From: Candidatus Borkfalkia excrementavium
Lineage (GTDB): Bacteria; Bacillota; Clostridia; Christensenellales; Borkfalkiaceae
Direction: 5' to 3'
DNA length: 64,000 nucleotides
Assembly: GCA_019115945.1 (NCBI GenBank)
Contig: DXCO01000040.1
Span: 40,758 to 104,757, forward strand
The position numbers and the translations under genes are program-made. A model generated the notes under the pieces. The model was not told where the DNA came from, searched no databases, and saw only the letters and a program-made list of their open reading frames with translations. Of the stretch, positions 10,026-18,730 are shown one piece after another (the first letter of the stretch is position 1; the number at the start of each line of letters is the position of its first letter).

Positions 10026-10054
10026 TTGACATGCCCGTTTTGCCGTGATATAAT
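10026..10054 (+). promoter_or_regulatory. SigmaA promoter of deoR-like gene
   Basis: Perfect TTGACA-17bp-TATAAT with extended TG. Confidence 0.85.
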
Positions 10055-10084
10055 GAATAAAAATCCATATGCGGGGAGAATGAC

Positions 10085-10825
10085 ATGTTACAATTTGAAA
10101 GAACGGGCATTTTGCAGGAATACCTTGAAAAGCACCACTCCGCGACCGTAAAACAGATCGCAAAAGACATACATATGAGCGAGACGACGGTCAGGCGGGA
10201 CCTTGCATATCTTGAAAAACAGCATATCGTGAGGAGAAGTTACGGGTTTGCCGTACTGCTCAAATACCAAAACAATACGCTGCCCTTTCTTTTGCGCATG
10301 CAGGACAACAGGAAGGAAAAGAACATCATCGCGCAAAAGGCGGTCGGCCTGGTCAAAACGGGAGATACACTTATCATGGACGAGTCCTCGACGACCAGCC
10401 TGATCGCAAACCTGCTCGATCCTTCCATGGACCTGACCGTGTTTACGACGAGTCTGATCATTGCGAACATTCTTGCGGAAAAGCGCATCAGGACTTACTG
10501 CACGGGAGGGCTCATCCAGTCGAATACCTTTTCTTTTTCCGGAAAATACGCCGAACCGCTCATTGCTTCCATTTATGCGGACAAATGCTTTTTCTCTTCT
10601 TCCGGCATCATGGAAAACGGCATCATCTGCGATAAAATGGAAGAGAGCGCTTCCATCAATAAATTGATGCTGCAGCACGCGGAAAAAAAGATCTATCTGT
10701 GCGACCATACCAAGTTCAACCGCTCTTTCCCCTATCTGATCGCCAAGGCGGAGGATATCGATTATTTTATCAGCGACAGCGAGCCGCCCGAATCGTACCG
10801 CAAACAATTCAAGATCGTCCTCTGA
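10085..10825 (+). CDS. DeoR/GlpR family transcriptional regulator
   Basis: N-terminal HTH SETTVRRDL, K..IA.KA, DESSTT, CDHTKF. Divergent from the sugar operon. Confidence 0.92.
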   Translation: MLQFERTGILQEYLEKHHSATVKQIAKDIHMSETTVRRDLAYLEKQHIVRRSYGFAVLLKYQNNTLPFLLRMQDNRKEKNIIAQKAVGLVKTGDTLIMDESSTTSLIANLLDPSMDLTVFTTSLIIANILAEKRIRTYCTGGLIQSNTFSFSGKYAEPLIASIYADKCFFSSSGIMENGIICDKMEESASINKLMLQHAEKKIYLCDHTKFNRSFPYLIAKAEDIDYFISDSEPPESYRKQFKIVL

Positions 10826-10927
10826 CCCCTTCGATTTAAAGTATAGTGCGGGAATATATAATTTTTATCTCATGCAAGCAATATTTTTGTAAACTGTCAG
10901 CCGCGCGCGGAAAGTTTGCGGCATAAC

Positions 10928-10961
10928 AAAAGGCGGGCCTCCGGATAAACCGGAGGCCCGC
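10928..10961 (-). terminator. Intrinsic terminator after thiN-spoVM
   Basis: 12-bp stem GCGGGCCTCCGG/CCGGAGGCCCGC followed by a T tract on the minus strand. Confidence 0.8.
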
Positions 10962-10970
10962 TCGGCAAAA

Positions 10971-11054
10971 CTATGTATTTTTTTCTTTCGTGCGAACGAG
11001 CAGCCTCAAAAGCAGGCGGACCGCTTTGGGAGGCTTTACGCAGATGATTTTCAA
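10971..11054 (-). CDS. spoVM: Stage V sporulation protein SpoVM (27 aa)
   Basis: Not in ORF track. TTG start with GAGGAG RBS, overlapping the thiN stop. MKIICVKPPKAVRLLLRLLVRTKEKNT has Pro9 and an amphipathic helix; canonical position downstream of rpe-thiN. Confidence 0.85.
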   Translation of the reverse strand: MKIICVKPPKAVRLLLRLLVRTKEKNT

Positions 11055-11665
11055 AGTCTAGACTCCTCGGACAAATTTCTGAAGACGAAAACCGCCCCCT
11101 CGTCGCAATTCAGGCGCGCGTCGTCCGACAAGACGATATTGCTTACGCCGCGGCAACTGCCCGCCGTGAGCGTGAGGTCTTCGAGCGGATATTTCATCCC
11201 TTCACTGCTCATTATATGCGCCGACAGCCCGACCGGTGCCAGAGAGACCGTGCGCCCCCTTTCGCCGCAAAAGCGGATCAGCCCCCGTTCGCAGGTGATG
11301 TCGCTGTAATTTGTCCTGAGCACGCAGTGCGCGCCGCGTTGCAGCCCCGCGTACAGCAACTGCAGATTTCCGAAAAAATGATCCTCCCGTCCGCCTCCGC
11401 CGCCGTAGATTTCGATCTGATCGAAACCCTTGTCCAAAAGCATGTCCAAAGCGATCTCTCCGTCCGTAAAATTTTTTTCGGAAGGATATACGACCGCGCC
11501 GTCGGGCACATAACCGAGGGAATCGAAATCTCCCGCGCATGCGTCGATTTTTACCTTGTCCGCCGCCCATGCGAGAGCGCCGTCGGCAGAAAGAACGAAG
11601 TCCCCTTCCCCTTTTACGATCTGCCCGAGGTAGGGCTCGCCGTTCAACAGGATTATGCCTTTCAA
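11051..11665 (-). CDS. thiN: Thiamine diphosphokinase
   Basis: ADGA, GDFDS, EKNFTD, GGREDH, GVSN motifs; follows rpe. Confidence 0.92.
   Translation of the reverse strand: MKGIILLNGEPYLGQIVKGEGDFVLSADGALAWAADKVKIDACAGDFDSLGYVPDGAVVYPSEKNFTDGEIALDMLLDKGFDQIEIYGGGGGREDHFFGNLQLLYAGLQRGAHCVLRTNYSDITCERGLIRFCGERGRTVSLAPVGLSAHIMSSEGMKYPLEDLTLTAGSCRGVSNIVLSDDARLNCDEGAVFVFRNLSEESRL
11211..11239 (-). promoter_or_regulatory. Putative mother-cell (sigmaK/sigmaE-type) promoter internal to thiN, for spoVM
   Basis: GCACC-16bp-CATATAAT on minus strand, same architecture as the motif upstream of ylmC. Confidence 0.5.
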
Positions 11666-11675
11666 AGTTTCCTCC

Positions 11676-12332
11676 TCAAAGCGAACGAAGATTTTCGATC
11701 GCTTTTTTCATATCCGCGGCGCCGAAAACGCTGCTGCCCGCAACGATGACGTTCGCACCCGCCTCTTTGACGCGGCGCACGTTCTGCTCGCCGACGCCGC
11801 CGTCGATCTCGATGTCCTTGAAGACGCCCTGACCGTCGAAGATCTTGCGCGCCTCCTCCACTTTCGGCAGCACGCTTTCGATAAATTTCTGCCCGCCGAG
11901 CCCCGGAAATACGCTCATCACCAGCAGCATGTCGCAGTAGTCGAGACAGCCGTAGACCTCTTTCAGGGGGGTCTCCGGATTGATCACGGCCCCCGCGCGC
12001 ACGCCCGCGGCCGCGATGCGTTTCAGGACGTTTTTCAGGTCTGCCCCGCACGCCTCGTGATGTACGGTGATCACGGAAGCGCCCGCTTCGGCAAACGTTT
12101 CGATATGCTTTTCGGGATGCACGATCATCAGATGCACGTCGAGCGGCAGAGAGGTATGCCTGCCGATCGCGGCGACCATATCCGCTCCGAAAGTGATCTT
12201 AGGCACGAAAGAACCGTCCATCACATCGCAGTGGACCCAATCCGCGCCGCACTTTTCAAGTTTTTCCGCGGCCGCGCCCATCGCCGAAAAGTCCGCCGAC
12301 AAGACGGAAGGCGCAATTTTGATATTTTCCAT
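11676..12332 (-). CDS. rpe: Ribulose-phosphate 3-epimerase
   Basis: IAPSVLSADF, HCDVMDG, DVHLM, MSVFPGLGGQ, IDGG. Start at ATG 12332 behind GGAGG. Confidence 0.96.
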   Translation of the reverse strand: MENIKIAPSVLSADFSAMGAAAEKLEKCGADWVHCDVMDGSFVPKITFGADMVAAIGRHTSLPLDVHLMIVHPEKHIETFAEAGASVITVHHEACGADLKNVLKRIAAAGVRAGAVINPETPLKEVYGCLDYCDMLLVMSVFPGLGGQKFIESVLPKVEEARKIFDGQGVFKDIEIDGGVGEQNVRRVKEAGANVIVAGSSVFGAADMKKAIENLRSL

Positions 12333-12375
12333 AATTCCTCCCCGCGGCGCTGCCGCCGCAAAACCGAACGGTAAA

Positions 12376-12404
12376 ATAGTAACAGAACAAAGACGAAATG
12401 TCAA
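12376..12404 (-). promoter_or_regulatory. SigmaA-type promoter for rpe-thiN
   Basis: TTGACA-17bp-TACTAT with extended TG. Confidence 0.65.
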
Positions 12405-12413
12405 CGGAGAAAA

Positions 12414-13481
12414 TCAGTTTTGTACCTGATTTTCCGAAGACGTTTCCGATTTTTTGTAACCTGCGCGAAGTTGCCCGCACGCCCCGCCGATCTCTGCGCC
12501 GATCTGCCGGCGGAGAGTCGCGGACAGGCCGCCCTTTTCCAATACGCCCAAAAAGCGGTATGCTTCCTTTTCGGAAACGCCCGCAAGCGCCTTTTCCTTG
12601 ACTTCGTTCAGGCGGATCAGATTGACGTGGCAGGGCCTTCCGCGCAGAAGCGAAACGAGTTTTTCGGCATGCGCCCTGTCCGCGTTTTCCCCCGCGATCA
12701 GGGAATACTCGAAGATATAGCGCCGCCCCGTCTTTTCAAAATAATAGTCGCACGCCTTTAAGATCTCCGCTATGGAATAGGCGTTTGCCACGGGCATGAT
12801 GCGCTTTCTTTCCGCATCGTCGGGCGAATGCAGGGATACGGTCAGATTGACGGGGATCCCCTCGTCTGCAAGATCGTACATTTTGGGGACAAGCCCGCAG
12901 GTGGAAAGGCTGATGTTGCGCGCACTGACCGCAATGCCGCCCTCCGCCGTAACGCCGCGCAAAAAGCCGACGGTATTTTCGTAATTGTCGAGCGGTTCGC
13001 CGCTGCCCATGAGCACGATATTCGTGACCGCGCGCTTCTCCGGCGTGCCGCCGTGCCGCGCGTTGACGCAGAGCACTTCGCACAAAATTTCTCCCGCGGT
13101 GAGGTTGCGGACCAGCCCTCCGAGCCCCGAAGCGCAGAAAGCGCAGTTCATGCGACACCCCACCTGCGTGGAAACGCACTGCGTGTTGCCGTATTTATAG
13201 GTCATGAACACCCCTTCCACTATGTTTCCATCCGCAAGTTCAAACAGATACTTCTCCGTACCGTCGGAGGCGGAAAAAGTTTCGAGAATTTTAACCGGCT
13301 CGTCTTCGAAGCGAAGGAGCAGTTTTTCGCGGAAGGGTTTGGGCAGATCGGAAATGTCGGAAATCCTGCTTCCGCGCATCAACCCTTTATACAATTGGCC
13401 CGCACGGAATTTTTTCTCCCCCATCTGTTCGACGAGCGTTTCAAGTTGTGCGCGGGAAAGGTCCTGTAAGATCTCTTTCAT
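12414..13481 (-). CDS. rlmN: 23S rRNA (adenine2503-C2)-methyltransferase RlmN
   Basis: CVSTQVGCRMNCAFC radical SAM motif, MGSGEP, SLH, ACGQL. Start MKEIL at 13481 overlaps the rsmB stop (ATGA). Confidence 0.95.
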   Translation of the reverse strand: MKEILQDLSRAQLETLVEQMGEKKFRAGQLYKGLMRGSRISDISDLPKPFREKLLLRFEDEPVKILETFSASDGTEKYLFELADGNIVEGVFMTYKYGNTQCVSTQVGCRMNCAFCASGLGGLVRNLTAGEILCEVLCVNARHGGTPEKRAVTNIVLMGSGEPLDNYENTVGFLRGVTAEGGIAVSARNISLSTCGLVPKMYDLADEGIPVNLTVSLHSPDDAERKRIMPVANAYSIAEILKACDYYFEKTGRRYIFEYSLIAGENADRAHAEKLVSLLRGRPCHVNLIRLNEVKEKALAGVSEKEAYRFLGVLEKGGLSATLRRQIGAEIGGACGQLRAGYKKSETSSENQVQN

Positions 13482-14725
13482 GTGCTTTTTCTCCGCATTT
13501 TGCAAAAATAAAAACCCGCTCCCCGGGAAAGATGGGGCAGAAACTGCAGACCGAACTTTTTGCGGACGTGCCCGAGCGGACTGTCCGTTTCCATAACGGA
13601 AAACTCTCCGTTTTCTTCCAAAAACGAGGAGACTGTGCCGTCGTTTTCGCAGCCGAACACAGAACAGGTCGAGTAATAGAGAAAGCCGCCCTTTTTGACG
13701 TAACGCGCGCAGGCGGAAAGAATTTTTTTCTGCGCTTCGCAAATCGGCGCAAGGTCCGCCTCTTTTCTGAACAGCCGTATATCGGGATTTTCCGCCGCCA
13801 CGCCGAATCCGGAACAGGGCGCGTCGACGAGGACGGCATCGAACCGATCACGATACGCTTCGTCCGGCAAAGACGAATCCCGACATACGATCCGGATATT
13901 TTCCGCATGCATGCGGCGGGCATACGCTTCGATCAGTTTCGCGCGGTGCGGATGCAGTTCGAATGCGGTGACGCGCGCACATTTTTCTGCCAAAAGCACG
14001 CTCTTTCCGCCCGGCGCCGCACAGGCATCCAAAAGGTCATCGCACGCATCCACGCCGCCGCAAATGGCGACGGAGCCGACCGACTGGAACGTATATTCAC
14101 CTGCGTCGTACCCCTCGTCACGCCTGAAAGAGGGAAAGATCCAGACATTTTCAAAGGGCGTTTCGACGGCGTCCGGCACGCGCGAAAGGTATTTTTGCGC
14201 AGAGTCCGCGCCGGCGAAACGGACGGTGATCCCCGCGGGCCTCGCCTCCATGATCCTGACCGCCTCTTCCCTGCCGTATTCGCTCAAAAGAAGGCGGACG
14301 GCAAACTCCGGATAAGAATAGCGGATGGACAGGGAGGAAATCTCCCCCTCGGGCAGGCCGACCTTTTTTTCGTCGAACGCGCGCAAAAAGGCGTTCAGAA
14401 ACCCTGCCGCACCCCCCTTGCCCAACTTTTTGGCGAGGGATACGGCGTTGTCCGTTACCATATATTTTTTCTTGCCCATATAAAGGAGCAGATAGAGCGC
14501 GATCTTTAAGAGGATGCGCACGGGCAGTTTCGGATTTTTCGCGGCGAACGTCTTTACGCACCTTTCCAGATACAGGTCGTTTTCGAGCACGCCGTAACAG
14601 ATCCGCGTCGTTCTCGGGCGGTTGGCCTCTTCTACGGGCGTATCTGCAAGCGCCTGTTTCAGGTATGCGCCCCCGCTGTATACTTTGAAGAGCACCGCAT
14701 ACGGATCGTAGAGAGGATTGGTCAT
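13478..14725 (-). CDS. rsmB: 16S rRNA (cytosine967-C5)-methyltransferase RsmB/Sun
   Basis: NusB-like N-terminus; DACAAPGGK, DAPCSG, YSTCS motifs. Confidence 0.92.
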   Translation of the reverse strand: MTNPLYDPYAVLFKVYSGGAYLKQALADTPVEEANRPRTTRICYGVLENDLYLERCVKTFAAKNPKLPVRILLKIALYLLLYMGKKKYMVTDNAVSLAKKLGKGGAAGFLNAFLRAFDEKKVGLPEGEISSLSIRYSYPEFAVRLLLSEYGREEAVRIMEARPAGITVRFAGADSAQKYLSRVPDAVETPFENVWIFPSFRRDEGYDAGEYTFQSVGSVAICGGVDACDDLLDACAAPGGKSVLLAEKCARVTAFELHPHRAKLIEAYARRMHAENIRIVCRDSSLPDEAYRDRFDAVLVDAPCSGFGVAAENPDIRLFRKEADLAPICEAQKKILSACARYVKKGGFLYYSTCSVFGCENDGTVSSFLEENGEFSVMETDSPLGHVRKKFGLQFLPHLSRGAGFYFCKMRRKST

Positions 14726-15657
14726 GCCCTGCTCCTTCCGAATACGTCCCCGACGGAGATTTTTCTGCCGTTGACGAAATCCGCGGCGCGAAGGCGCTTG
14801 CCGCCTTCCTCCTGCAATTCGGTGATCTTAACGCCGTTTTCGCCCGTACGGACGTAAATGCCCGTCTTGTCCGCACGGAAAACTTCTCCGGCGGCGGCCG
14901 CGGCGGCGGTTTCCGACGCTTCGGCAAACCACAGATTGACGAGTTTGCCGTTCAGGTAAGAAAACGCAAGCGGAGACGGATTCATGGCGCGTATAAAATC
15001 GGAAACCTGTTTCGCGGGCAGAGAAAAATCGACCAGACAATCTTCTTTTCTGATCTTCTTGCAGAGGGTCGCGTCCGTATCCCTCTGCGGCGTGAAGGTC
15101 GCCTGCCCCTTTTCCACAAGCGCGAGCGCACGCGCGATACATTCCCCGCCGAGCAGAGAAAGTTTTTCCGACAACGACCCGGCCGTATCCGCGGACGAGA
15201 TCGGAATTTCTTCCTGCAACAGCATATCGCCCGTATCCAGCCCCACGTCCGTGCGCATGACGGTGATCCCTGTCCTTTCGTCGCCCGCCGCAATAGCGTG
15301 CTGAACGGGCGAAGCGCCGCGCCAACGCGGCAGAAGGGAGGCGTGGATATTGTATACTCCCGTCGGAAAAGCGGAGAGGATCTCCTGCGTCAAAATCTGC
15401 CCGTATGCGCAGGTGACCATGCAGTCGGCGCCGATCGATTTTACGGCAGGGACCTCATCCCTGATCCTTGCAAACGTGAACACGGGAATCCCCGCGCTCT
15501 GCGCAAAAGACTTCAGGGGCGTGGGCGTGAGCACCGCCCTGCGCCCGACGGGTTTGTCGGGCTGGGTGATCACCGCGGCGATCTTAAAGCCCGATTCCGT
15601 CAGTTTTTTTAAGGGCGCGACGGAAAATTCCGGCGCGCCCGCATATGCGATCTTCAT
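14722..15657 (-). CDS. fmt: Methionyl-tRNA formyltransferase
   Basis: TQPDKP.GR, AYG, NIHASLLPRWRGASP, GLDTGD. Confidence 0.96.
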   Translation of the reverse strand: MKIAYAGAPEFSVAPLKKLTESGFKIAAVITQPDKPVGRRAVLTPTPLKSFAQSAGIPVFTFARIRDEVPAVKSIGADCMVTCAYGQILTQEILSAFPTGVYNIHASLLPRWRGASPVQHAIAAGDERTGITVMRTDVGLDTGDMLLQEEIPISSADTAGSLSEKLSLLGGECIARALALVEKGQATFTPQRDTDATLCKKIRKEDCLVDFSLPAKQVSDFIRAMNPSPLAFSYLNGKLVNLWFAEASETAAAAAAGEVFRADKTGIYVRTGENGVKITELQEEGGKRLRAADFVNGRKISVGDVFGRSRA

Positions 15658-15659
15658 GA

Positions 15660-16118
15660 TTATTCCTTGACCCTTTCCACTTTTTCCGCGCGGTCGATAT
15701 ACAGGATCCCGTCCAGGTGATCGAGTTCATGGCAGACCGCACGCGCGAAAAATCCGCGGGCGACGAGTTTTTTCTTTTTGCCGCTGCGGTCAAAATATTC
15801 CACCTTCACGTAATTGGGACGGGTCACGACACCGCGTTTGCCGCGGACGGACAGGCAGCCCTCATATCCCGTCTGTTCCCCTTTCGCCTCTACGATAACG
15901 GGGTTGACGAGTTCGAAAAATCCTTCCGTAACGTCGATGACGACCGCACGCCGCAAAATGCCCACCTGCGGCGCGGCGAGCCCCGCCCCCTCTTCCTTAC
16001 GGACCGTCTCTTTCATGTCGTCGAGAAGACCGGCGAGTTTTTCGTCGAAAGCGGTCACTTCAAAACATTTTTTTCTGAGCACGTCGTCGCCGACCTGCAC
16101 TACGTTTCTGATAGCCAT
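15660..16118 (-). CDS. def: Peptide deformylase
   Basis: GAGLAAPQVG, EGCLS, HELDHLDG. Start MAIRN at 16118 behind AGGAG. Confidence 0.96.
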   Translation of the reverse strand: MAIRNVVQVGDDVLRKKCFEVTAFDEKLAGLLDDMKETVRKEEGAGLAAPQVGILRRAVVIDVTEGFFELVNPVIVEAKGEQTGYEGCLSVRGKRGVVTRPNYVKVEYFDRSGKKKKLVARGFFARAVCHELDHLDGILYIDRAEKVERVKE

Positions 16119-16205
16119 ACTGACTCCTTTTCGGGTATCGCCCTCTGCGGGCAGGATCGATCGCAAATCCCGGACGCGGCCGCAGATCACGGCGCCCGCG
16201 CTTTT

Positions 16206-18377
16206 TTAACTCAGATTTGCGGGGTTTTCTTCTATGTATACGAGCGCGCCGCGCACCGGACAGGCGAGCGCTTTTTCGTAAATTTCCGGCAGCAGCGCAT
16301 CGTTTTTCACGCGCATGAGTACCTGATAGCGGAATTTGTTCTGTATCTTTTTGATGGGGGACTTCATCTTGTTGAAAAACAAAAAATCCTCCCTGTGCGC
16401 TTCGTAGATCTCTTTCAGCGCAAAATAGACGGCGCGGAGCGCTTCGAGCGCATCGGCGTCCTCCGAAGCGGTGACCATGACGCGCACGATCTTTGCAAAG
16501 GGCGGAAACGCCGTGGATTTGCGAAGGGAGATCTCGTGGCGGAAAAATCCTTCGTAATCGTAACGGATCGCGAAGCGAAGAATATAATTTTCCGGATCGT
16601 ATGTCTGCAGGACGACTTTTCCCTGTTCTTCGGCGCGGCCGCTCCTGCCTGCGACCTGCGTGATCAACTGAAAGGTGCGCTCTCCGCTCCTGTAATCGGA
16701 AAAATGCAGGCTCATGTCCGCATCGAGGATGCCCACGAGCGTAACGGCGGGAAAATCGTGCCCCTTTGCGATCATCTGCGTGCCCACAAGGATATCCGCC
16801 TTACGGTCGGCAAATTGTTTCAAAATCTTATAATGTCCCTCTTTGCCCGACGTGGTGTCGTTGTCCATGCGCAGGATGCGCGCGGACGGGAACATTTTTT
16901 TCAGTTCCCCCACGATCTTCTGCGTACCCGTGCCCGTATAGGACAGATGCACGCCGCCGCATTCGGGACAGGCGCTCAGCATGCGGTACTGCGCGCCGCA
17001 ATAGTGGCATTTTAAGCAGTTTTCTTCGCTGTGATAGGTAAGGGAGACGTCGCACGCCTCGCATTTTGCGACGTAGCCGCACTCTCTGCAGACGACGCTC
17101 TGCGCGTACCCCCTGCGGTTGAGAAACAGGATCGCCTGTTTTTTTTGTTCGAGACATTCGGCAAGTTCCTCTCTGAGCGCGGCCGAAAAGGCACTGTTGT
17201 TTCCGCGACGCACCTCTCTGCGCATATCCGCGATCGCGATCTCGGGCATGGGCTTGCGATTGATGCGCTCGGGAAGCCGGATCAGATTGTATTCCCCCTG
17301 CGTCGCTTTCAGATAGGTCTCCACCGAAGGCGTCGCGCTGCCGGCGACCAGTTTGCAGCCGTTGTATTCCGCGCGCATTTTGGCGATCTCAAGCGTGGAA
17401 TAGCGGGGATTGGATTCGCTGAAATAACTTCCGTCGTGCTCCTCGTCAAGAATGATGACGCCGATATTTTCGACGGGCGCGAATACGGCGCTGCGCGCGC
17501 CGACCGCGATCTTCGCTTCTCCCGTACGCAGACGCCACCATTCGTCGAATCGCTCGCCCGCGGACAGCCCGCTGTGCAAAATTGCCGCCTGCGGCCCGAA
17601 ACGGGCCCTGAGTTGCGAGAGCATCTGCGGCGTGAGAGAAATTTCGGGCACCAGAAAGATCGCGCTTTTGCCCTTTTGCAGTTGGTCGGCGATCAGCGTA
17701 AGATAGATCTCCGTCTTTCCGCTCCCCGTCACGCCGTGCAACAATTGCACGGTCTTGTCCGACCGTCCGATGCTTTCGACCGCGCTTTTCTGCCCCGCCG
17801 TCAGGGTATGTTCCGCGCCTGCGCCGCTCACGGCAACGTAAGGAGAGCGGATGACCCGCTCTTTGGTCAGTTCCGCCGCTCCCTTTTCGACGAGCGCGCC
17901 GACGGCGCTTCTGCCGAAGCGGCCGCACAGTTCCGTGTACCCGTATTTCCCATTCTCGCGCAGAAAGGCGAGCGCCGCCGCCTGCGCTTTTGCGCGCGCG
18001 GCGGGTTCAAAAGCGCCGTCTTTGAGCAAAACGTACGTTTTATAAAGTTCGCGCACGGCGCCCTTGCGCATTTCTCCGGGCAAAAACAGCCGCAATACGA
18101 GCGCTTTCGGGCAGCGGTAGCGCACCGAGATCTGTTCCGCGAGGGAAAGGCACTCCGCACAGAGGGCGGGCACCTCGTCCACGACGGAAAGAATGCTTTT
18201 CAGTTTTGCCGCATCGAAATCGCTGTTCCGCTTCAATCGCATGACGAAGCCGTCGACGACCCTGTTGCCGAAGGGCACTTTGACTCTGCTCCCCTCGCAA
18301 ACGCCGTCGATCGCGCGGTATTCGAATATGCGGTCCACCTCGCCGTGCGCGATGTCGACAATCACTTCCGCCGTCAT
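16206..18377 (-). CDS. priA: Primosomal protein N' (replication restart helicase)
   Basis: GVTGSGKTE, DEEH, SATPS, Cys-rich zinc region, GTQMIAKG, QVAGRSGR. Confidence 0.97.
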   Translation of the reverse strand: MTAEVIVDIAHGEVDRIFEYRAIDGVCEGSRVKVPFGNRVVDGFVMRLKRNSDFDAAKLKSILSVVDEVPALCAECLSLAEQISVRYRCPKALVLRLFLPGEMRKGAVRELYKTYVLLKDGAFEPAARAKAQAAALAFLRENGKYGYTELCGRFGRSAVGALVEKGAAELTKERVIRSPYVAVSGAGAEHTLTAGQKSAVESIGRSDKTVQLLHGVTGSGKTEIYLTLIADQLQKGKSAIFLVPEISLTPQMLSQLRARFGPQAAILHSGLSAGERFDEWWRLRTGEAKIAVGARSAVFAPVENIGVIILDEEHDGSYFSESNPRYSTLEIAKMRAEYNGCKLVAGSATPSVETYLKATQGEYNLIRLPERINRKPMPEIAIADMRREVRRGNNSAFSAALREELAECLEQKKQAILFLNRRGYAQSVVCRECGYVAKCEACDVSLTYHSEENCLKCHYCGAQYRMLSACPECGGVHLSYTGTGTQKIVGELKKMFPSARILRMDNDTTSGKEGHYKILKQFADRKADILVGTQMIAKGHDFPAVTLVGILDADMSLHFSDYRSGERTFQLITQVAGRSGRAEEQGKVVLQTYDPENYILRFAIRYDYEGFFRHEISLRKSTAFPPFAKIVRVMVTASEDADALEALRAVYFALKEIYEAHREDFLFFNKMKSPIKKIQNKFRYQVLMRVKNDALLPEIYEKALACPVRGALVYIEENPANLS

Positions 18378-18455
18378 TTCCTATCCCTAAAAAACAGAAT
18401 GCCCCGTTCAAGACCCGAGGCAATCGAAAAGTATTTCCGCCCTAAAGGGGGAAAA

Positions 18456-18677
18456 TCAGTCCTTCGTCATCGTCAGGGTGCCGTTTTCGATCTCATGGCA
18501 CGCAAGGGCGATCTCTTTCACGTTGCCGGGCAACTCTTTGATCCCCTGGCTCTGCTCCTGATCGATGATCTGCCGCGCGCGCTTGGCGACCACCATGCAC
18601 AGCGCATAGCGCGAAGCGGGGTGCTCCTTTGTTCCGAGTTTTTCTACAAGACTGTCTACAGAGGGTTGATTGATCAT
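18456..18677 (-). CDS. rpoZ: RNA polymerase omega subunit
   Basis: MINQPSVDSL...SRYALCMVVAKRARQI...ACHEI. Start 18677 behind GGAGG. Confidence 0.93.
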   Translation of the reverse strand: MINQPSVDSLVEKLGTKEHPASRYALCMVVAKRARQIIDQEQSQGIKELPGNVKEIALACHEIENGTLTMTKD

Positions 18678-18730
18678 TTCGGTTCCTCCAAAAAATTTAC
18701 TCTTTTTGCTGAAAACGTCAGCGCCGGACG

